A stretch of DNA of 64,000 nt from a virus: positions 98 to 64,097 of the IMG/VR virus record IMGVR_UViG_3300050499_000294. One strand, written 5' to 3'. Below, in pieces: positions 44,119-53,298 of this stretch; position 1 is the first letter of the stretch; each line of letters opens with the position of its first letter. The translations under genes were made by a program, and so were the position numbers. Under the pieces are notes generated by a model, which made no database searches, was not told where the DNA came from, and saw only the letters and a program-made list of their open reading frames with translations.

Positions 44119-45669
44119 CTAAGCCACCTGCCGCGTCGTCCCATTGCGTCCCGGTGGTGGGGTTCCTGGTCCTGGAGGCAGCATGGCGAGCGGCCGTTGG
44201 GCTTGCTCGTCTTCAATCAGCGCCTGTTCTTCCTCTACAGGCACAAGTGGCCTTGCAATCTCCCCACGTTGTAAACAGAAATAGAACGTTTCGTACGAAA
44301 TAGTACCGTTGAGCAACGCTTGCATCAAGGCCAGGAGCATCTGCGGTTGCATCACATTCGATACGAGGTCCTTGTTGAGGACCACATGCACGGACGGATC
44401 ATCCACATTTTCAGTGAGGCCCTGCCACCACGCGTGCACTTGCAGTGCCCACGTGAGCCCTTGACTGACGCTGCTCACGAGGCTCTGCACGGGGCTATCG
44501 CTGCCCGCCATGCGCCACTGCACACCCGTGGCCGTTTCCTGGGTCTCCGGTGGACCTTCGAGGAGCCGCGCGCCCATCGCGGCCATCATTTGCAGATCGG
44601 CTTTGAGGGCGTTCTCGTGCGGCTGGAGGCCCTGCCCGTGAAACTCGACGATCCCCACCTTGGCTTGATTATCGGGCAGGAAGAGGGCCGAGCTGGCCCC
44701 CACGTACAGCTCCGGGGGCGCTTCCATGTTGGCGGCAATGTAGAACTGCGGCATGGCGGTCAAGTGTAAGGCATGCTCGTAGTCCGCGCTGTGGCGCCAG
44801 TTCAAAAAGTTCCTTTGGACTAAGCCTTCGAGGAGCGACTTCTCGGGCGTCGGCTCGAGCGAAAACGGCGCCATGAAGCAGAACGGGAGGAAGTCGAGCG
44901 GTTGCCCCTGGCGGGTCGGCATCCACACCCGCTGGAGCGTTGCGGCCTGGGCATTGGTACGCTGGCCAATCGGATCTTCCAGCCACAAGCTCACCTCGTA
45001 GAGCCCCCGTTCATTCAAGCGCAGCACGCGGTACTGAATCTGGTCTTTGACCACAAAGAAGTCGGGCGTCCCCCACGGGCCTTGTGGGACCTGCACACAT
45101 TCCCGCAGCACCACGAGCGACAGGATCGTATCGCCCCCCCGCTGCATCGTGCGCCAGTTAATAATCTCCTCGGCCTGGTACGCCACCCAGTACGGGCGAC
45201 TCTGCGGCGGCGGCGGGAGCAACTGACCATCGGGCGTGAGGTCACCGGTCGGGAAGTCGACCAGGATGCCGAAGCGCCCCATGAGTAAGGTCTCACGCAC
45301 CGCCTCTTCACAGAACATGCGCAGCGAAATGCCGGTCTGCGTAATGTCGGCCAGTTGCGGCTCTAAGGCAGCAGGCCCTACGAGTTGCGGCTCGTGGCGG
45401 AATACCGAGCCGGTAATCCCATGCACGGCGTGTTCTGTGGCACTCGTCCACGCGGGGCGATCCCGATACGCGGCGTACTGTTCATCGCGGCGCATCCCCG
45501 CTGGGCGTGGCAGATACGCCGTCCCATTGCGCGCTGTGGACGTACTGCGGCGGACGGCATCGAGGGGCTGTGCCGACTTGACGGCGGCTTCGCCCAGGTA
45601 GCCGTCGCGCAGCATCGCCCAGAGCGGCAGCATGGCACGATACGCCGGATGCGGAAGCGTGACACTCAT
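44119..45669 (-). CDS. Portal protein (DUF4055 type)
   Basis: After the terminase; RPYWVAYQAEEIINW, NWRHSADYEHALHLTAMP motifs. Confidence 0.9.
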   Translation of the reverse strand: MSVTLPHPAYRAMLPLWAMLRDGYLGEAAVKSAQPLDAVRRSTSTARNGTAYLPRPAGMRRDEQYAAYRDRPAWTSATEHAVHGITGSVFRHEPQLVGPAALEPQLADITQTGISLRMFCEEAVRETLLMGRFGILVDFPTGDLTPDGQLLPPPPQSRPYWVAYQAEEIINWRTMQRGGDTILSLVVLRECVQVPQGPWGTPDFFVVKDQIQYRVLRLNERGLYEVSLWLEDPIGQRTNAQAATLQRVWMPTRQGQPLDFLPFCFMAPFSLEPTPEKSLLEGLVQRNFLNWRHSADYEHALHLTAMPQFYIAANMEAPPELYVGASSALFLPDNQAKVGIVEFHGQGLQPHENALKADLQMMAAMGARLLEGPPETQETATGVQWRMAGSDSPVQSLVSSVSQGLTWALQVHAWWQGLTENVDDPSVHVVLNKDLVSNVMQPQMLLALMQALLNGTISYETFYFCLQRGEIARPLVPVEEEQALIEDEQAQRPLAMLPPGPGTPPPGRNGTTRQVA

Positions 45670-47123
45670 ATATGCAACTCCATCGCCAAACTCCTACGCG
45701 GCGGCGGCGCAAACGTACAGCCGAGTGCATCGGCAAGATCACACGAATGCCCGAGACGCTTGCGGATATGGTCTTTATCTTCAACCACGAGTTGTCCCTG
45801 GCTATCAAACCCATACCCCACACTCGCCAATTCCCCCGCGAGGTCCTCGCACGCGTTCGCAGCCGGTGCACAAAACACCGGCTGGGCCGTCCGCAGCCAC
45901 TCCGCCACTTCCAGCCAGAGATAATCGCGGAGGAGACGTGGCTTCGCCTCCGCAGGATGACGCACGACGGGAGCCTTCTCCGCCACATTCACCGCCGTAA
46001 TGCCGACACGGATCACGCCCTGACGTTTTAACTCCGCAAGGCGATCATAGACACCTGCACCCAACCCAATGACATCAATGGCGACTTCTTCCACCTGCCA
46101 GGGCTCCAAGACCGCGAGAATACAGCCGACCGTGGCCATGGTGTCCTGACGTGCATAGACCTTGATCTGGTCAATGAGACTCCCATGCCGCAAGACAAGC
46201 GCTGTACGATCTGAACCCAGTCGCGCCACATCTACGCCAAGCCGCCGCACCCCACCAGGCTCGCGTCGTTCACGAGTCAGACAGGGCTCGGTGAGCTCCA
46301 GGGAGATCAGCACGTCGTCGGCTTGGCGCGGGAATTCGCCGTCCGCGCGCACGCGCACCACATTGGAGCCTTCGCCCCACTTCGCCACGAGGCGGGGGCG
46401 GTAGGAGGCATCCACCAACGGCGAATCCTGCGAGCGAAAGTGCAGCGTGGTATAACTGCCCCGGTCCTTGTGATGGGAGGCGTAGAACGTGCCATTGGTG
46501 CGGGTGGGATTCCCCAACATGAGGACGCGGGCCTCGGGCGTCGAGAGCGCCCCTTCCGCCGCCTCAAACACTTCTTCGGGCATGCCGCTGGCTTCATCAA
46601 GGACGAAGAGCAGATGCGTCGCATGAAAGCCCTGGAGGGCTTCGGGGTTTTCCTTGCGAGCGGTGCGGGCGAACGCGCCCCATTCTTTCGCGCTGGGGTC
46701 CACGAGACTATCCGTGAGGAGCTTAAAAAGCCGCGAGAGCCAGAAGCGCGGCGGGTCGCCACGGGCGGCGCTGAGGGCATCCGCATGCCGACGCCACTTA
46801 CTGAGCTCGCCCCACAAAATGTCGCGGAGCTGATGCGAGGAAGGAGCCGAACAGGGGACTTTGGCATAGTCGTGGGTTTCGAGCATCCAACTCACCGCCC
46901 AGGCGGCACTCGAACTTTTGCCAATGCCGTGCCCAGAGCGCACCGAGACTTTCGCGCCGGGAGGGAGGATGGCCTCCAGAATCTGGGACTGCTGCAGCGT
47001 GGGCTCCATACCAAAGCGTTGGCGGACATAGAGGACGGGGTTCTCGCGCCAGCGGTCGCGCAGTTCGAGATACTGCTCGAAGGCCGACGCGGGCTCCGCG
47101 AGGTCAGTGAGGAGTGTCGCCAT
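45666..47123 (-). CDS. terL: Terminase large subunit
   Basis: VRSGHGIGKS (Walker A), LDEASG (Walker B), GVDVARLGSD and DLADAL nuclease motifs. Confidence 0.95.
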   Translation of the reverse strand: MATLLTDLAEPASAFEQYLELRDRWRENPVLYVRQRFGMEPTLQQSQILEAILPPGAKVSVRSGHGIGKSSSAAWAVSWMLETHDYAKVPCSAPSSHQLRDILWGELSKWRRHADALSAARGDPPRFWLSRLFKLLTDSLVDPSAKEWGAFARTARKENPEALQGFHATHLLFVLDEASGMPEEVFEAAEGALSTPEARVLMLGNPTRTNGTFYASHHKDRGSYTTLHFRSQDSPLVDASYRPRLVAKWGEGSNVVRVRADGEFPRQADDVLISLELTEPCLTRERREPGGVRRLGVDVARLGSDRTALVLRHGSLIDQIKVYARQDTMATVGCILAVLEPWQVEEVAIDVIGLGAGVYDRLAELKRQGVIRVGITAVNVAEKAPVVRHPAEAKPRLLRDYLWLEVAEWLRTAQPVFCAPAANACEDLAGELASVGYGFDSQGQLVVEDKDHIRKRLGHSCDLADALGCTFAPPPRRSLAMELHI

Positions 47124-47535
47124 TGGGAGCCTTTCGCGCTTGAGCCAGGAGGCTGGCCAGCCCGTCACTCAGTTCCACATCGAGACGTTGCTTCGCGGGA
47201 GCCAACTCGGGGTCGATCCGTTCGAGGACTTGGAGCGCGAGCAGCCCATTGCCGTCTTTAATAGTCCGCAGGAGTGCCGCACGGGAGGCATGTTCGAGAT
47301 CGACCAGCCAGCGCTTGCGGGCTTCGGCAAGCGCCAAGGCCCAGTGGTCTTTGCGAGATTCCCACGTGGCAATAGTGCGGATCGACCGCCCCACTGCACG
47401 CGCTGCATCCAACTGGGTAGCGCCCATCATCCGAAGATACGCGGCAAGGATACATTTTTCCCAATAGGGGATAGGCGGCGGGTTGGCACGCTGCGCATAG
47501 GCAACTTTTGGGGGAGGCCGGTGAGCAAACGCCAT
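47104..47535 (-). CDS. terS: Terminase small subunit
   Basis: N-terminal HTH (GATQLDAARAVGRSIRTIATWE) upstream of terL. Confidence 0.7.
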   Translation of the reverse strand: MAFAHRPPPKVAYAQRANPPPIPYWEKCILAAYLRMMGATQLDAARAVGRSIRTIATWESRKDHWALALAEARKRWLVDLEHASRAALLRTIKDGNGLLALQVLERIDPELAPAKQRLDVELSDGLASLLAQARKAPNGDTPH

Positions 47536-47539
47536 CGCA

Positions 47540-47878
47540 CTACACCGGCGCCGGAACCGGCAGCGGGGTCGTGGGCGCGGGCGTGGCGTCCTGCGGGAGC
47601 ACCGTCACCGCCAGCCAGGGGCCGACGTCTGCAGTCGGCACGACCGTCTTCAGCGTCGCACCGAGGCGCGCTTCATAGGCATCGCTGCTCATCGTGGCGG
47701 CATGCATCGTATCGCCCACAAAGCCCGGCGGCAGTTCGAACGTCAGCGGGATGGTACACGCGGCACAGCGCAGGCGCACGAGGACCTGATAGCGCTGACC
47801 CTGGGGGAGCATAGCCGTGGGCCGGGCCTGGACCTGGGCTTCAATGTTGGTGTGCGGACACGCGGGCTTTTCCGCCAT
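47540..47878 (-). CDS. Hypothetical CxxC protein
   Basis: RBS GGAGG; LRCAACTIP. Confidence 0.5.
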   Translation of the reverse strand: MAEKPACPHTNIEAQVQARPTAMLPQGQRYQVLVRLRCAACTIPLTFELPPGFVGDTMHAATMSSDAYEARLGATLKTVVPTADVGPWLAVTVLPQDATPAPTTPLPVPAPV

Positions 47879-48147
47879 CGACCGCCTCCTCGGGGAATAG
47901 ACGCACCAAGAGCAAGTCTCTTCTCTCTAGGAGAGAGAGTAGGGATGGGGTGAGATGGGCGTGCTCGACGTGCGCGAGCCAAGAGGGCGGTTGAGGCCCC
48001 CTCGCCACTGTGGCGCCCAAGCCAAACGCAAGACCAACGGTCAAAGCGGATACCACAGAACAGAATCAAATACGCCCTACTAGTGTGCGAGAGACGGAGG
48101 GGGGATGTCAAGCGAAAAAGGAAGGCGGAAGAGGCGGGAAGCCGCAG

Positions 48148-48363
48148 TTACGCCTCCGTCAAACCAAGCAGATAATCGGTACTCACCTTGAGTGCCGACG
48201 CCAAGCGCACAAAGCGCGGCAGATTCGGCATCGCTGTCCCACGCTCATACTTACTAATATCCGTCTTAAAGACCTGCGCCTTTCCAGCAAGGGCTTCCTG
48301 GCTCAGATCGGCCCGCCGCCGCGCCAGTAACAGGCGCTCCTGAAAGATATGCAATCGCTCCAT
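48148..48363 (-). CDS. XRE-family HTH repressor/Cro-like protein
   Basis: LSQEALAGKAQVFKTDISKYERG...LASALKVSTDYLLG. Confidence 0.9.
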   Translation of the reverse strand: MERLHIFQERLLLARRRADLSQEALAGKAQVFKTDISKYERGTAMPNLPRFVRLASALKVSTDYLLGLTEA

Positions 48364-48381
48364 GTCGTACCTCCTGTATCA

Positions 48382-48410
48382 AGAATACCAAAAAGTGAAA
48401 TTATTTTCAA
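48382..48410 (-). promoter_or_regulatory. Sigma70-type promoter for the XRE gene
   Basis: TTGAAA-17 nt-TATTCT on the minus strand. Confidence 0.65.
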
Positions 48411-48438
48411 GTTTTAATTCTTTGTTGCTCTTTTCTGC

Positions 48439-48467
48439 TTGCCAATGTAAGCGAAGTCAGCTATACT
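48439..48467 (+). promoter_or_regulatory. Sigma70-type promoter of the early operon
   Basis: TTGCCA-17 nt-TATACT, back-to-back with the repressor promoter. Confidence 0.7.
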
Positions 48468-48665
48468 AGTAATCAGTTGGTTGGTTGATTGACAAGGCGA
48501 TGGGCGCTACAGAGTTGAGTACCTCATGTGTGCCGGCACTTAAGAAACCGGGGAGGGAAAGACAGAGCCAGGGCGAGAACGGGAACAGACCCCCGGAAGG
48601 CTACTGAAGACAAACGCCCCACCAGGAGAGCATTGAACGCGACGATCCTGGCGACGAGAGACAAC

Positions 48666-48715
48666 GGTGTCTGAGGCTGTGGGCCTCACTGACGAGTTGG
48701 AAACAACGAAACACC
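48666..48715 (+). ncRNA. Hammerhead ribozyme (type III)
   Basis: GGTG-TC^, stem I TGAGGC/GCCTCA, core CTGACGA, stem II GTTG-GAAA-CAAC, GAAA, stem III CACC; predicted cleavage after C48671. Confidence 0.9.
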
Positions 48716-48730
48716 AAGGAGAATGAGACG

Positions 48731-48940
48731 ATGACCACCACAACCCTCGACACCACCATTGCCCGCATCCTGACGGCCCTCGACAACGATTCAACGACCT
48801 GTATGGCCGTGCTGGAGGAGGTCCAGGCCTACCGCTGGGCGCATCCGTCTGATGGTGTGGCGGACGCGATCACCGACGCCGTGCGCACCTGGCATGCCGC
48901 GTATGCACGCCGGATGCAGGAATGGTGGAGGCAGGTGTGA
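48731..48940 (+). CDS. Small hypothetical early protein between the two ribozymes
   Basis: RBS AAGGAG; 69 aa. Confidence 0.7.
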   Translation: MTTTTLDTTIARILTALDNDSTTCMAVLEEVQAYRWAHPSDGVADAITDAVRTWHAAYARRMQEWWRQV

Positions 48941-49000
48941 GACGACCCCGGAAAACGACCAGACGACCCACGGTAACGCCTGTGTATGTCCCTGAATAAC

Positions 49001-49066
49001 GCAGAGTGCGCCAGCCCCACGCTGGCGGAATGCGGCCCCGCACGGTGCGGGACGGTCACAAGCCCG
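49001..49066 (+). ncRNA. Twister ribozyme (P5-type permutation)
   Basis: GCA-GAGTG-P1(CGCCAGC/GCTGGCG)-G^AA-TGC-GGCC-P3-CGG-TCACAAGC-CCG; CAC/GTG pseudoknot complementary; predicted cleavage 49028/49029. Confidence 0.85.
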
Positions 49067-49088
49067 AACAACCAAGGAGACACGAACC

Positions 49089-49283
49089 ATGATTCACGTA
49101 AACACGCGCCAGTACGAAGTCTGCCACGGCCACACGCCCCGGCAACCCCGCGGCGCACCGACGGCTTTGTGGGCCATCCAGATCGATGACGATCCGGCCC
49201 CGCGCTATCTCCGCATGCACCTCCGGGACGCGATCGCCCAAGCCAAAGCCTGGGCGACGACCTCCATCACCATTCTCCCCTAA
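49089..49283 (+). CDS. Small hypothetical early protein
   Basis: RBS AAGGAG directly after the twister. Confidence 0.65.
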   Translation: MIHVNTRQYEVCHGHTPRQPRGAPTALWAIQIDDDPAPRYLRMHLRDAIAQAKAWATTSITILP

Positions 49284-49307
49284 CCGCACCACCAAGGAGA
49301 CACGACC

Positions 49308-49841
49308 ATGACGATCACCCAGTTTGACACCGACCTCCGCGCCCTGGCTGAGCGGGCCAGCACCAAGTACCCTGCCGATACGAAGCGCATCGCCAAAGCG
49401 CTCCTCCTCGCCCTGAACGGCCATGTCCACGTCAACCCCGATAGCACCTGTGTCGTCACCTCGCAGGCAGACCCGGAGGTGGTCTACCGGGTCGCGCACG
49501 GCACGTGCGACTGTCCCGATGCCGTGCAGCATCCAGAGACGGCCTGCAAACATCGCTATGCCGCCGCGATGGTCAAACGCGCGCAGCGCCCCCGCATCAC
49601 CTATCGGGCGACGTACAAGGGCGACCAGGGCCAGGCGATCCGCGACGAGCAGATGCGCGTGTGGTTTCAGAGCGATGCCACGGATGAGGTCACGCGCCTG
49701 TATGACCACGACCGAGCCAATCTGCAACTTCATGGGCACCTGGGGTTAGTGGCCGAAGCCAAGCTGGCAGATCTTCAGCAAGGCGCGGACCTTGCTCGCC
49801 TTGAGGCCCACAAGACCGAGGCAACTATCCTCAACGCCTAG
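49308..49841 (+). CDS. SWIM zinc-finger-like protein
   Basis: GTCDCPD...ACKHRYAA. Confidence 0.7.
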   Translation: MTITQFDTDLRALAERASTKYPADTKRIAKALLLALNGHVHVNPDSTCVVTSQADPEVVYRVAHGTCDCPDAVQHPETACKHRYAAAMVKRAQRPRITYRATYKGDQGQAIRDEQMRVWFQSDATDEVTRLYDHDRANLQLHGHLGLVAEAKLADLQQGADLARLEAHKTEATILNA

Positions 49842-49857
49842 GAGGGGCAGACAGCCA

Positions 49858-50805
49858 ATGGAGGTAGCGTGCGATATCTGTGGGCAGCGGTTTCCCACCA
49901 ACCGGCCCCGACAACTACGCTGCTCACCAGCTTGTAGCAAAGCGGCGAAGGAGCGCTGGGGACGTACCAAGAGAGGCGTCATCCCAGCGCGTATGCGCGG
50001 GGCCATCATGCAATGCCTCATCTGTGGCAACGACTTGATGCGAAAAGGCGCGACACAGCAATACTGTGCGGTATGCAAAAAGATCCACGAAAAAGCCTAT
50101 GCGCGACGCTATAAAGGCAGTGCAGAAGAGAGATGCATTGGCGCGATCTTCTCCTGTGTCGTCTGCGGAACAAGCACCGCGCGCACAGGAGCGCATCAGA
50201 AGTATTGCTCAGATACCTGTTATGCCATAGCCAACGTGCGCCGAGACAGGATGCGACATGCTCGTGTACTAATCGTCGGCTCACTTTTCTCGTGTCATAC
50301 CTGTGGCAAGACGAGCAGGCGCGGGCGCAATTGGCGACAAAAATACTGCTCAGACGTCTGCCGAAGAGCAGGAGAGCGCACAGCAAAACGTGAGCGATTA
50401 GGGCGAACACAATTTGTTGGTGCCCTCTTTGCCTGTGCTATCTGCGGCACGGAAGCCCTGCGGACGACTGGATCACAAATTTATTGCTCAGAGGAGTGCT
50501 ATCAGACCGCCGCCTATCGTCATCGGGCAGCACGCATCAAGACAAGCATAGGCACGCGCTATACGCGACGACACATCTTTACCAGAGATGGCTGGCGCTG
50601 CCAATCGTGCTGGAAAAAGGTGCGAGATAACGTGCCGCTTCGCCATAGCGCACGTGCCACCATTGACCATATTCTCCCCCTCACGAAAGGCGGACTTGAA
50701 TGTGAAAGTAACGTCCACACGCTCTGCTGGCCCTGTAATCACGCCAAAGGAAACCGCGTAGGATCGAATGATCAATTACGGCTGGCACTGGGCGAGATCA
50801 TATAA
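49858..50805 (+). CDS. HNH endonuclease with five tandem Zn-ribbon modules
   Basis: Repeated CxxCG...Q.YCSxxC; C-terminal TIDHILPLTKGG...NVHTLCWPCNHAKG. Confidence 0.85.
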   Translation: MEVACDICGQRFPTNRPRQLRCSPACSKAAKERWGRTKRGVIPARMRGAIMQCLICGNDLMRKGATQQYCAVCKKIHEKAYARRYKGSAEERCIGAIFSCVVCGTSTARTGAHQKYCSDTCYAIANVRRDRMRHARVLIVGSLFSCHTCGKTSRRGRNWRQKYCSDVCRRAGERTAKRERLGRTQFVGALFACAICGTEALRTTGSQIYCSEECYQTAAYRHRAARIKTSIGTRYTRRHIFTRDGWRCQSCWKKVRDNVPLRHSARATIDHILPLTKGGLECESNVHTLCWPCNHAKGNRVGSNDQLRLALGEII

Positions 50806-50821
50806 CAAAGGAGACGACCCC

Positions 50822-51061
50822 ATGACCACGATTCCCGCTTTCTGGCAGGACCTCGATACCTGGACAATCAGCGCTGACGTGCGCCCGTCCCTCACGACCC
50901 GCGCCCTGGTACGCCCCGAGACGTATTACCAGAGCCTCTATGACGCTGACCTGCTGTGCTATGTGTGCACAGACCGCCCCTGGACGCGGCAGGCCCGCTG
51001 GTGTACCGCGCTCATATGTGCGGACTGTGCCGAGGGCGAACCGAACCCCGAAGAAGACTAG
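50822..51061 (+). CDS. Small Cys-containing protein
   Basis: RBS AAGGAG; CYVC...ICADC. Confidence 0.55.
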   Translation: MTTIPAFWQDLDTWTISADVRPSLTTRALVRPETYYQSLYDADLLCYVCTDRPWTRQARWCTALICADCAEGEPNPEED

Positions 51062-51169
51062 GCAGAGGCACGCAGAGGCAGAGGGCGAGGTGGTCGCAGT
51101 CACCCCGCCCTCTCACATGGAAAGACATGCAACATTCACCCAAGCAGTATACCACGAAAGGATGACCCA

Positions 51170-51565
51170 ATGACCCGCAAAAGTATTGCCCTCTGGACAC
51201 TCGCCTGGACGCTCGCAGCCCTGCTCCTCATCGCGTGGGTTGCCCTGGCTGAGGCGGGCGGCGCGCCCAAAAAACGACCATCGACCGCAACGGACGCGCT
51301 GCCTGTGAACCTGACACGGATGTGTCCCCTCCTCGGGGAATATGCGGCCACGGTCGCCGCGTCCCGCGATGCGGGGACCACGCTCAGTGGCAGTCTCCAC
51401 CTCATTCGGCAGGAGACAAGGATGCAGGGCATGGATAGCAATTTACAGGCGATCCTCCAAGAGATTGTCTACCAGGTCTACCGCTATCCGTCCATCACCC
51501 CGCGCCAGGTGCAACAGGTAGCCGAGCGCGCTTGTTGGGAAACCCAGGCAGGCGCAACGCACTAG
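51170..51565 (+). CDS. Exported two-Cys protein
   Basis: Signal peptide; paralog of 51813..52229. Confidence 0.7.
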   Translation: MTRKSIALWTLAWTLAALLLIAWVALAEAGGAPKKRPSTATDALPVNLTRMCPLLGEYAATVAASRDAGTTLSGSLHLIRQETRMQGMDSNLQAILQEIVYQVYRYPSITPRQVQQVAERACWETQAGATH

Positions 51566-51578
51566 GAGAAAGAAGAGA

Positions 51579-51791
51579 ATGGCTATGACCCTGCGTCTGC
51601 ACGTCCTCACGACCACGGCCGCGCCCGATGGCAGCCGCCTGTGCCTGCTCCAAGTCGACGGCCTCTACCGGGTGGTCCACGTCGCCCCGGACGGCCTCCT
51701 GACGCGCCTGCCCCCGCCGCCCACGGCGGACTTAGAAGAGGCGTATACGCACCTGATTGCCGCTGTGCGCGCCCGCGCAAGGCGGTCCTAA
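51579..51791 (+). CDS. Hypothetical protein
   Basis: Co-oriented small ORF. Confidence 0.5.
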   Translation: MAMTLRLHVLTTTAAPDGSRLCLLQVDGLYRVVHVAPDGLLTRLPPPPTADLEEAYTHLIAAVRARARRS

Positions 51792-51812
51792 CACCACCAC
51801 GAAGGAGATCCC

Positions 51813-52229
51813 ATGTCCCGCACCACCACGACCCTGGCTCTGGCTCTGAGCACGCTGCTCCTCGCCGGGACGACCACCCTGGCCGGGCCGAAACGCCCGC
51901 CTGCTGCCGCCACCACGGCGCTGCTCACGACGTATCTGACGCCGATGGAGCAACTCTGCCAGGCGCGTGGCCACGCCACGCGCACCCTCGCGCAGAACCG
52001 TGATCGCGGGATCAGCCGCTTTACGGCCCTGGCCCTCGTACGCCGCGAACAGGCGACCAGCGGCATTCCGCCGGTCATTCTGGCCACCTATGAGGCACTC
52101 ATCCGCCTCGTCTACGACTTCCCGGACCTCCCCCCCACCCTGCTGCAACACGCGATTGAACGCGAGTGCCTCAAGGTCGCAGCTGCCCTGCCAGCCACCG
52201 AGGCCGACGCCGCACGGCTGCGCTACTAA
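51813..52229 (+). CDS. Exported two-Cys protein
   Basis: Signal peptide; C...A..RD.G......VY.YP...ER.C shared with 51170..51565. Confidence 0.7.
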   Translation: MSRTTTTLALALSTLLLAGTTTLAGPKRPPAAATTALLTTYLTPMEQLCQARGHATRTLAQNRDRGISRFTALALVRREQATSGIPPVILATYEALIRLVYDFPDLPPTLLQHAIERECLKVAAALPATEADAARLRY

Positions 52230-52347
52230 CGTGACCCCGACTGGGATTGACGCCCGCATTTGGGCTTGTCTCTCGGATCCCCACGGACTAGGATGCCCCC
52301 GTGCCTCGCCCGCCCTGAGCATGCCCCATGCGGTGAGAAGGAAACGT

Positions 52348-52770
52348 ATGCGACCGCAGCATCGATGGACCGAAGCTGACGCGATTGCCCACGCGCAACG
52401 CCACGGGTTGACGCTTGACCCGGCGCTGACGGTGCGCCCGCCTGACCTCCCCGATGACACCCCAGAAGGCAGCCTGCTGGCACGAGTGAGACGGCTGGCG
52501 ACCGATAATGGCTGGCTCACTTTTCATACGCACGACTCCAGGCGCAGCGAATACGGTTTTCCGGATCTGGTGTGCACGGATGGCACGGCTGTACTGATGT
52601 ATGAGCTCAAGACGAACAGCGGGAAACTGACGCCCGAGCAACAGCGCTGGCTGTCCCTGCTCGAGCACACAGGCAAGGTCGAGGCAGGAATCTGGAGACC
52701 ACGAGACTTTGCCCAGATAAGCGCACGCTTAACCCGCAAGGAGACCCAGCATGAAACAGACACCGTATAG
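52348..52770 (+). CDS. VRR-NUC domain nuclease
   Basis: GFPDLVC...YELKTNSGKLTPEQQRW. Confidence 0.85.
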   Translation: MRPQHRWTEADAIAHAQRHGLTLDPALTVRPPDLPDDTPEGSLLARVRRLATDNGWLTFHTHDSRRSEYGFPDLVCTDGTAVLMYELKTNSGKLTPEQQRWLSLLEHTGKVEAGIWRPRDFAQISARLTRKETQHETDTV

Positions 52771-52803
52771 CCCCGAGGAGATCTCCATGACCACCGACGA
52801 CTG

Positions 52804-53298
52804 TTGGCAGGTGATGGCCAGCCTGGGCGACTGGATGGAGGGCAGGCATTGACCATAGCACGGAATATCAATGAACGATTCTTTGAAAAGGTCCGTCACG
52901 ATGCAAGTGGGTGTTGGCTCTGGGAAGCTGGCCTAACAGACCACGGCTATGGAACATTTCGTCTAGGCGGACGCAGCGATGGCAAAATCTATGCCCATAT
53001 TTATACGTATGAACTCTTGATTGGTCGTGTACCAGATGGGCTTGAATTAGATCATCTCTGCCGCACTCCCTCTTGTTGTAATCCATGGCATCTTGAGCCA
53101 GTAACGCACCGCATCAATAGTCTTCGTGGCATCTCGCCTACTATCCTGATGCATCGAGCCAATCTCTGTAAACGCGGCCATTCTCTGCTTGGTGACAATG
53201 CCTATGTCAGACCTAGTGGCGAGCGCAACTGCCGTATCTGTCTGCGTATGCGCAAAAGTATTGTCTGGAAAACCCGCACACGCGAGGAGCTTGTATGA
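52804..53298 (+). CDS. HNH endonuclease
   Basis: GCWLWEAG...YAHIYTYEL...ELDHLCRTPSCCNPWHLEPVTHRIN; real start probably TTG 52849. Confidence 0.9.
   Translation: MAGDGQPGRLDGGQALTIARNINERFFEKVRHDASGCWLWEAGLTDHGYGTFRLGGRSDGKIYAHIYTYELLIGRVPDGLELDHLCRTPSCCNPWHLEPVTHRINSLRGISPTILMHRANLCKRGHSLLGDNAYVRPSGERNCRICLRMRKSIVWKTRTREELV

Noticed and set aside
47841-48056. Hydrophobic ORF upstream of terS as a holin
   Set aside because: Only one weak hydrophobic segment, no clear RBS and no adjacent endolysin
48500-48674. Leader ORF whose stop codon would be removed by hammerhead cleavage
   Set aside because: Coordinates put the ATG and the GTC-TGA out of frame, and the ORF-track translation implies an earlier stop
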